The translations under genes and the position numbers were made by a program. From the NCBI RefSeq assembly GCF_009914755.1, contig NC_060938.1: 64,000 nucleotides of DNA. One strand, 5' to 3'. Source of the DNA: the human T2T-CHM13v2.0 reference genome, Homo sapiens. Positions 55,196-64,000 of the stretch are shown piece by piece. The notes under the pieces are model-generated. The model searched no databases, had not been told where the DNA came from, and saw only the letters and a list, made by a program, of their open reading frames with translations. The stretch's first letter is position 1; each line of letters opens with the position of its first letter.

Positions 55196-56279
55196 ACTTC
55201 AGTGATACAGAGCCTCCTCATCATTTGTTTCTATTAGTTCAGGGCTTTCATTTGGGATGTAGGGAGCACATTTTCCTGTGCCCTACCCGTGTCCACTTCA
55301 GCACCAGAGCTAAGGGGTGTGAACTTTTCCAGCTTCATACAGCGAATGGTAGCTCTGGGGGTGGTTGAGTAGACAGAGGCTCTTACCAGGGGTGCCCAAG
55401 GGCACTCAATTCAGAATCACTGGAGAGAGCCCTGACACAGGTGTCTGAGCAGGACAGAGACTGGAACTTTAGGGGGATGAGTTTGAGGAGGGGATGCCGA
55501 AGACTGGGTCGCAGGTAGTGTTGACAATAGTAGACAGTTCTAAAAGTGGTAGACCTCAGGAGTGGGAGGGTAGTGCCTGTCTCTTAGGTTGTAGAATAGC
55601 TTGTTAAATGAAACCCAAAGAACAGGTATGCAGGTACAGGGTGAGAAAGAACAAAGTTGCTTTTTGCTATCTTCCTGAGTTCAGCTCATTCAATAAACTC
55701 ATTGCATTTGTTTAAATCTTCTCGATGATTTTATAAAATGTATTGTCACTGCAATGGAAAATTAAACAATATTGAAAAGTACAAAGAAAAATGTAAAAGT
55801 CACCCAAATCTCTTCATTCATAGGTAAGCATTATTAGCTTAAAGGTTTCAATCAGAATTGGAAAACTATTTCAGACATAACTCTAGAAACTATTCCAGAA
55901 ACTTCCCAGTAAGGGAGCCTAGGGCCCAAGCCTCAATGGTTAATAATTTTAACATTCCTTCCCAATCATTTTCTCAGATTAGGTAGTGCTGCAGACTTTC
56001 TCTAGCCTTTACTTTCTGTCTAATATGTAATTGTGTGATTATTTGAACTATGTAATAGTTTTTCTTGGAATTTGCTATTATCTTGTCACCTTTGTCCAAA
56101 TTGATATGTAAGAACTGTGGAGAAATGGAGGAAGATTCAATATCAAAAAGTTTGAGCTAAATGTCACAAAATGCTGAACAGTAAATGAGGCCATGTGCCT
56201 GTTCGTGTTCTCCCCAGCACCAGGCTATGCCATTTTTTTTTTTAAAATATTGACCTGTCTAATAAGGGGGAAATGTTTC

Positions 56280-56515
56280 CCAATCTTAGGTAAGTTTATT
56301 CATCTGTGAAATGGAGATGATGACAGTATTTATTTTCTTGGGCTATTGAGAAGATCAGTTGAGTTAATACATGAGAAAACAGTAGGCCAGTGCCCAGAAC
56401 ATGGTACACTCTCAACAAATGTTAACTGTTCTTAAATTTTTTGTATGTAAAACAAAGGGGCAAACTAGGTGATCTCTGTGGCCCCTCTAGAGCTATAACT
56501 CTAGATCCATGACAC
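56280..56515 (+). mobile_element. MIR fragment followed by a MIR3-like tail
   Basis: TCATCTGTGAAATGGAGATGATGACAGTA..CTCTCAACAAATGTTAACTGTT; GGGCAAACTAGGTGATCTCTG. Confidence 0.7.
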
Positions 56516-57226
56516 TGAAAATGTATAGCTGTCCTTTTTTGGCCCATAATTTAAAAAAAATGAGTACACAGCAGGTTTAAAATGGCAAAAATGAGGGGAG
56601 TAATTGCTCTCAATTTAAGACGTATCTGCAGTAAAATTAAACAGGAGACTGTAATATAAAATAACATAACCTGTAAGCATTGGCTATTACGTATTCAAAG
56701 GCATTATTAAGCCACTAGAATACAGCTGACATTTAAGTCCACCTGTTTAGCTACACTACAGTCTTACCAAGGAAGATAGAAAAATAGCTGGAAACCTTAC
56801 ACATAAATTCTATAGAACATGAGGAACAGTTATCAACTGTCGTTCATCTCAGCCTCTACTGAAAATCAGCAACTTTTATGTAAAAGTCAAATGTAAATAT
56901 TTGAAGCAATGTTTGAAAAAAATGGACCATAACAAGCTTACAGAGTTAGGGCTGTTGACCTGCCAATATTTAGCTCTTCCAAGCCAAGTCTTTGTAAGCT
57001 CAGCTCAGTAAATTCAAATATTGAGCATAGTCCTTTGTATATGGGAAGTTTCAGTGCTCCAGAGTTATTCATTTTACCCTAGGAAGCAAAATCCCTGATA
57101 TTAAAGGAACTATCTGACATAAGTTTGGAATTATAGAATCCTAGAGTTTAAAGAGGCTTAGCAATCTAACTTTTTCTATGATATTCCTAATGAGAATTTG
57201 AATTCTGCTTAAATCCTACTGAAAGT

Positions 57227-57631
57227 TATGGTAGATGTTCCAAGTGCTAACTGAAGCTTCTGACATCCTTCCTTTTACAGCTGTCTCATCTCCTTGAAAT
57301 TATACATGGCCATGGACTGCTTTGGCCAATGAAATTTAAGTGAAGTGATGTGAATCACTTCCAGGCAGAAGCATTTAAGAGCTGATTTATGATTCAAGCT
57401 CTGTTTCCTTGCCACAGTGGCCCCTGGAGACTTGTGTTTAGATGGCAGTGTCATAGGATGGTGGATCTTCTGTCATCTTGAGTCTTTGAAGGCTACAATG
57501 AGTAGGATCTTTTGTGACCTGTGCTGGACAAATAAAGTAGTATAAATAAGAAACAAACTTTTTTTGATATACCATTGAGATTTGGGGGTTCTTTGTTGCT
57601 ACAGCACAAACTAGACTAACTTGATTGATAC
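57227..57631 (+). mobile_element. MaLR LTR (MLT1J-like)
   Basis: GGCCATGGACTGCTTTGGCCAATGAAAT..GTGAATCACTTCCAGGCAGAAGCATTTAAGAGC..CCATTGAGATTTGGGGG..GATTGATAC. Confidence 0.8.
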
Positions 57632-57639
57632 TTTATAAA

Positions 57640-58000
57640 ACTCTGCTTTTATGTAAGCCCCTTTTATAGCTGGATACCTGGATAGAAACATTATTTTAAT
57701 GTTACATTTCATATTGAGCTAAGATATAACTCCATATAAGATTAAATTTAATCTTTTTCTGATGTCTGGAGCAGAAGAGAATTGCAACTTTTGTTCTTCC
57801 ACTTGACAGTCCTTCAAATATCAGAACATAAATGTTATGGTCCCCACACCCTCTCTCTGCAAAGAAACCCTGTTTTCCCCTTGACACATGGTTTCTGGGC
57901 TTTTCACCATCCTGGTTACTCTTTGGATAACTTTTATTTTGCCAGTGTTCCATTAAAGCATAATGTCTAGAATGGAATTCTTACAAAATTAGATACTGCA
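57640..58000 (-). mobile_element. L3/CR1 LINE fragment (3' end also at ~57125-57225, before the LTR)
   Basis: TTCCACTTGACAGTCCTTCAAATA, ACATGGTTTCTGGGCTTTTCACCATCCTGGTTACTCT; TTATAGAATCCTAGAGTT. Confidence 0.55.
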
Positions 58001-58629
58001 GGAGAGATCATTGCATGGCTTTTCTGAGGTTTGTGATGATGGAGAGTTATATTTATTTATTAAAAGTACATTATTTTAGACCATATTTGAAGTTGACATT
58101 TTAAGGTGGCTTCCAGCACTGAATTTGGTTCAGGAAGGGTTTGTCCATCCTCAATCTCAATTGGAAGATGATAACCTTTAGAAAGCAACAACATCAGGAA
58201 CATAGTGTGGACCACATCTGAGGTCCAGCTATGGACAAAATGAGTGTTATTGAAGATTTCCAGTGGGACAGTAATAAGGATATATTGTGTTACAGAAAAA
58301 TAATTATGGAAAAAATTTAAAAGAATAATCACTAGGTGAAGCATACTTGGGAAGGGGTGAGAGAGAAAGGCAAAGAGAACAATCAATTAACCAATGAATC
58401 AACACAATTTATTAATTGCCTACTAAATGTAAGACACTGAGCTACATGGGTTGGCCCACTGGTGAACAAAACTTATATATGAAAATAGGAAGGAGTAGGT
58501 GGATAGTAAAAATGGTCAACAGATATGACATTCTAATTAGTACTGTAGTATGTGTAAGTGAACAAACTGAAAGGACAGGAGGCTGATGTCTGAGGATAGG
58601 ATTTTTAAAGTAGGAATTTGAAAAGGAAC

Positions 58630-59145
58630 AGTTTCTAGTGATGACAAAGTCAATGAAAGTACAGAAAACCCATCTCAAGTGACTTAAAGACAAACAGAAA
58701 AGTCCACAAGTAAAGTTGTTTCAGGAACTATTCAATCAGGTCTTGGTTCTACATTTTCTTTTTTCCTGTTTCTTTGGTTCTTCTTTCCTTTATATGTTAG
58801 TTTTTTCTTTAGGCTGATTTTCCTCCTGGTTGCAAGACAGGTATCAGCAGCAATGGTGAATCCATTCTTCCTAGTTTGCCTCTCGTGGAAGAAAAAGTGT
58901 CCATTTCCTGCAACCACTGAACAAAAGTTTTGAGCTTCACTCTGATAAGATTATGCCTAAGGCCATCAATGTGGCCAGGTAAATGCATACACTAATTCTA
59001 GAGGTAGAACTAAAGTCAGTTTATCAAAAAGTTGACTTTAGGGCATAAGTAGGGGGATGGGTCACTGTTGAAAAAAATTGAAGTATAGTTAACAAGGGCA
59101 CATGATAGAATGAATGCTGTGTTGGTAACTCACAGATGTCCACAA
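58630..59145 (-). mobile_element. Old MaLR LTR (MLT1K-like)
   Basis: ACAGAAAACCCATCTCAAGTGACTTAAA, CTGGTTGCAAGA..CAGCAGCAA, CACTCTGAT..CCATCAATGTGGCCAGG. Confidence 0.5.
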
Positions 59146-62100
59146 TAAGTTGTACAGAAAAATGGGACCAGATTCAGAGAGGTATAGATTTTTACAAACA
59201 CATTGGGGTGGGAATGATTGAGAAGGTACTATGGGGAATGAAGAAGACACTGATATGAACTCCTTACCCTTAAATATATGAGGATGAAAAGAATGAGCAA
59301 CCTTGATACAAGGGGCACAGGGAAAGCAGTTCAGGGGAGAACACATTTTTAGCTAAGGGAAAATAAGTGGAGATACAGTCATGGACAGTGGGTTTTGAGA
59401 GGCCCTGGGCAAGCCTTGTGGTTTAGAAATGGCAGCAGAGAAGTGGTGATATCATTAGTTCATATATGCAATGTTGCAGGAGGAGAAGGCCTTGCTAGAT
59501 CTTTCAACATTGTCACCTGCAGATGGAGGATTTCCAGACATTTGATCTGCAACTCAGAAAAGAGGGCTGTTTAGGAGGACATTTGTATTTTGGAAGAAAG
59601 TGAGAAAGGGGTTGGAGCAGTTTAGCAGGAGGGAGAAAATGGGAGAGAACTTTCCTTTATGAAGTCTTCTCTGGTTTTCTTCAGTTCGATGTTCTCTATT
59701 ACATAGGTAGCTATTTTCCAACTGATAAAAAATATAGTTAATGCTAACTAAAAGCAGGAGTGCATTATTTTGAAATCTTTGAGTGAAGAGCCAATTTCTG
59801 AGACTCCAAATTCCAATAAACAGCACTTTGTTAGCATTCATAACCATTTATGTATTTATCACTCACATACTTGCATACAAGTAGAACTAGTTTCTCCTCA
59901 AGTGGGACATGACAGGTACGTGTTGCTTTTGATGCTCTGGCCACAAGAACACCTGTTCTTGCTTAGCATCTCTTTGTACTTTGGGATTTGTAGCTGTTTC
60001 TTTCAATTCAGCTGAGAAGTAACATGAGGCTTAGATCCACAAATCCACCTCCTGGGAGCTGGACGCCCATCTCCATTTGGCTCTGTAGGGTCAAGATGTC
60101 ATTGATGGTGCAAGTGCCTGTGCCTGCGCTGCCCTCTCACAGCACACCTCCTCCTTTTAGCCATCTTCACAAATCACTAGTTAGGCACCACTCTGCTGCA
60201 GGCTGGGGGAGCTTCCCTTCCTGATTCTCCTTGCCCATGCAGTGCTTATTGCTTTCTTTGGCTTGGGCTTCCCTCCATGCTCTTGTTCACATTATTGATA
60301 CATGTTATCTCCTCAAGCTTTAAGTAGTTTCCCACATTGCATCCTCTCACATTCTTATTCTTATGTTAGATTTATTTTAATTATTATATTTGAATATATG
60401 ATTCAATAATATTCCACATTTCTGCCTAATATTTGTTTTTTTTTCTTTTAGTATTTATCAGTTTCTGCCTTATGTGGTTGATTGTATGTCTGTCCTATCT
60501 GAGTTCATGCATCTAACAGTCATACTACTGTAACCATCATATCTTCACAAAAAAAAAAAGTGTTCTGCTTTCTATACTTGAGTACAAGATCATTTCCTCG
60601 GCCCTGTATTCTCTGCAGTACCAGCACAGTGCCTTGGGTATCATGGTCACTCAAATATTTGATCAAGTAAGTTTATAGATAAATGCCTATCTAATATATT
60701 AAATCAGAAGATGGGGATAATGAAGTATAGCTTGCTTTTAAATAGAATTTTTTAATGTTATTATTAAGCCAACTATTTTATGTCTCATTGCTTTTAGGAG
60801 CAAGGTAACATATTTCATACTTTGGCATTGGTTTCAGTAGCAGGGGGAACAAACTTACAGCTTGCTATGAGTTGTTCTGTGGTCAGAACAAAAGTTGCTA
60901 ATGATCAAGCACTTATCTAGTAAGGCTAGTTTTTTTTCTCAAGATATTTCTCAATACTGTATTATTGACAACTACTCCAAGTAATTAGAATAGGCATATA
61001 ATATTGAACATTTCAATGGTTTACTACACTTAGGGAGAATATTATAGAGAAGATGTGAGTCCTGACTTACGATTTTAAAAGCTCTTCTCTATTCAAGGGG
61101 CAGAGTTCTTGTGGAAGGAATGAGTCCAGTGTGGTCTGTGGTGTGCATGAGAAAATAAGCAGCAAAGGGTAAGATTTTTTTTAAAAAATATAATAAGTTG
61201 GCTGAATCCTGAAATATTATAAATCTCATGTGAATAGTCCTTAACTGCAGACATGGAATATACCCAGATTTTGAGAAAATGCTATAATTCTTATACCTCA
61301 TGAATACTCCGGGGAAGACAATCCTTCAGGTTATTTCCCCAGTAGGTTCTTCAAGAAATATGTTATAAACAGTAATGTTGAAAGTTTTACTGACTGATGC
61401 AATTAAATTTATTCCTTTTTTTTTAAAACTTTTCTCTCTGCTATAATGTAATATTCTTAAGTCTATGTTTTATTATCCTTCACATTAAAAAAAGGATAAT
61501 GCTACTATGAACACAATGGCTGTTCATCTAATGGAACATTTGTTAGTTTTACAAGACTGTCTATGTAAACAATCATTAATCTTTGGAATACTGAGATAAA
61601 AACCTTAGCAATACTCAGTTATTAATTTTTAAAGATACTGTAAAACTGAGTTATAGTGGCAGAAAACCCATAAAACAAAGTATTAAAATCTTTTTTTAAT
61701 GTTACGTATACGAAAAAATAGGAATTTGGTTCAAATATCTTTGCTGTCTTCAACTTTTTTTTTTATATTCTCATTGGTGATCTAAATTTATATATGTAAG
61801 AATAGTCAATCTCCTAAACTAGGGAAACTTTACTATGGCAACAAAGAGTAAACATTTTATTGGAGGAAAATTTTGCTCTAACTTTTACCACTCAAGAAGT
61901 ATAGTATTATTAAGAAGATGTTTAAACAGAACTATTAAAAGTTTAGATTTTTCAAAGATTTCCTAACAGAATAATTTTAAGATTAAGATGATTGCAATAT
62001 AGATTTTTTTCCCCTGGGGCAAATACTAAGAAAGTGCCTAACATTAAGATGTTAAAGACATTTAATCCCAGAAATAGAGAAGCATAAAATTGAAGGTATG

Positions 62101-62828
62101 ACAATAGGAACTGATTTGTTAAAATGGCCAAATCAATAAAGGTTAATGTCAAAGAACTATGCATTCTGATGAATTCTCATGGCCAAGCAGATTGATCGGT
62201 GTTTCATTTCCTTATCATTTCATTTATTTTCAAAGTTTTGAAATTGAACCATGTGCTTCAACTGATGAAAATTATATTAACTTTGTGAGATATGAAATTC
62301 ACAGCTTCTTTACATGGAGTAATGAGAAATAAATTCTATGACTTTAAAGATGTCAAACCTATTTTAAAAGCCTTTTAAAAAGATGTAAAACCTATTAATA
62401 GCTAAACAAAGTAAAAACATTTTAAAGAAATTATATGATTTGTTTTTTAATTTTTAGCATATGTTATGTTGACTCTTAGAACAACGGAAAAACTATCGAC
62501 ATTTGTTCGTCTAAAAATTTACTTCTAAACATATTCTCAATTATTAAAGAAATGCACCAATATATTAATCTTTATCAGACTATTTTACTGAAATAGAATT
62601 GATATAATGTTGTTTAATATAATCAGAAAGCATAGTAGAAATACATAGTACCCTATTATATCTTATTGCCCAAGGAAGAAACTTAATGAGGAAAATTTAA
62701 AGTGGCATTCAAAGAGCAAAATTCTTCATGAAACTTATTTAATTTTCTAGTAGAATGATGTTTACCTATATTTAATACAAAAGGAAATTACAAATTATTA
62801 ATGGAAGGTTAAAATTGGGTATCACTAT

Positions 62829-63312
62829 TATGATACACAAAATGATGGCTTCCTGAAGTTGTTCATGTCCTAGTCCCCAAAATACATGAATATGTTACAT
62901 TATATAACAGAGGGTAATTAAGATTGCAGATGAATTTAAGTTTGCTAATCAGGTGACCTTAAATTCAAGAGATTATCCTGGATTATCCATGCTGGTCCAA
63001 TGTGACCACAAGAGTTTTTAAATGTGCAAGAAGGGAAAGAGTCATTGGCAGAATAAATGCAATGTGAGAAAGACTACAATGGCCATTTCTGCTTTGATGA
63101 TGGAAAGGGGCCAGAATCTAGGAAAGGCAAATAGCTTGTAGAAGCTGGAAAAAGCAAGTAAACAATTCTTTCCTAGAGCCTCCACAACAAATCCAGCCTT
63201 GCCAATATCTTGATTTTAGGCCAGTGAGACCCATTCAGACTTTTCACCTCCAGAACAGCAAGATTATAGATTTGTATTATTTAGGTCACCTAAATTTGTG
63301 GTAATTTGTTAC
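62829..63312 (+). mobile_element. MaLR LTR (MLT1D)
   Basis: GTTCATGTCCTAGTCCCCA..GAATATGTTAC..GATTATCCTGGATTATCC..AGAAGCTGGAAAAAGCAAG..TTTGTGGTAATTTGTTAC. Confidence 0.88.
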
Positions 63313-63519
63313 AAATTTGTAACATGTTGGGTGATGGGTGCATCAAAATCTCAGAAATCACCAATGTCATAACAATAATTACAACAATAATAACAAAATT
63401 ATTATGATGTTGTATCAATTTCCTATCATTGTTGTAACTACAATTTTTCTGGAAATTTTAGGATTAAAATTTTGAGACCAATTAAAGGAGAGGGACCTAG
63501 CAATAGTGGTAGCCACAGT

Positions 63520-63860
63520 TACTATTAGCCACGTTAGCTACTTTGTTAGAGTTTATGAAGTTCTTTTATGTATTTCATGGGCGCTTTATTATAATTCAGC
63601 CAAGTAGAAGTGGCCACGTTGATGTTCCTTAACAGCTAAGGAAACAGAGCCTCAGACAGATGATGTGGCACATAAAGAGATGACACTCAGTCCCTGGACT
63701 TTCCTCTATAGATTCTGGGCTCTTTGGCCTGTGTGTTGGTACCCAGCACAGGTAGGCACAGAGAAGACTTTTAACAGAATTGAAACTTGTTTCTATTCCC
63801 AAGGTCTCAATGACAATTTGGAGAGTTGGCAGCTACTTGGGTTTCAAACCAGCCTTAAAA
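63520..63860 (-). mobile_element. Degenerate, interrupted MIR
   Basis: TTAACAGCTAAGGAAACAGAGCCTCAGA ... CCCAAGGTC..GGGTTTCAAACCAG. Confidence 0.45.
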
Positions 63861-64000
63861 GTTCTGAACGTCTTTGAATCTGCTCTTCATAAATCTTCCA
63901 GGGTTTTGTTTGTGGGTAGGTGACTACAAGGAAATTACAGTTTCTTGTGAGTTTCTATTATGACCTTGAGAAAATAGTAAACAACTTCATTTATTTCCTG

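Noticed and set aside
58060-58386. 108-aa minus-strand ORF with an internal TTTTGTCCATAG acceptor
   Set aside because: Unrecognised peptide and only weak donors
60012-60260. GC-richer unique block with an acceptor at 60011 and a 66-aa ORF
   Set aside because: No recognisable product on either strand and no matching donor
62346-62396. 18-bp direct repeat with 33-bp period (and similar short duplications at ~32710 and ~48950)
   Set aside because: Only two copies; ordinary slippage duplications, not a CRISPR-like or functional array

Overview
Primate (most likely human) AT-rich genomic DNA, intergenic or deep intronic, dominated by transposable-element relics. I recognise no cellular protein-coding exon, RNA gene, CpG island or CRISPR array. 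Every long ORF in the track is LINE-derived; the short ORFs are repeat-derived or look like chance. The main element is a full-length (~6.16 kb) minus-strand L1PA3-like LINE-1 (35395-41556). It has disabled ORF1/ORF2/ORF0, keeps the ~129-bp ZNF93-binding 5'UTR segment, and is nested inside an older L1PB. Around it are Alus, MIRs, L2, L3/CR1, MaLR/ERVL/ERV1 solo LTRs, hAT/Tigger relics and microsatellites. The observations most worth checking are: (1) a chain of strong plus-strand splice signals starting at an LTR16A, suggesting an LTR-driven non-coding transcript; (2) a ~600-bp fold-back of two inverted MER57-like LTRs; (3) a TSD-flanked, twin-primed L1 insertion with a short 3' transduction; (4) a 19-nt orphan retro-insertion with its own A-tail and TSD; (5) candidate exons downstream of the L1 antisense promoter; (6) a CTCF-like site with the upstream motif. 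I cannot support a claim of a wholly new biological system here. Subfamily names come from remembered consensus sequences, and the boundaries of old repeats are approximate.
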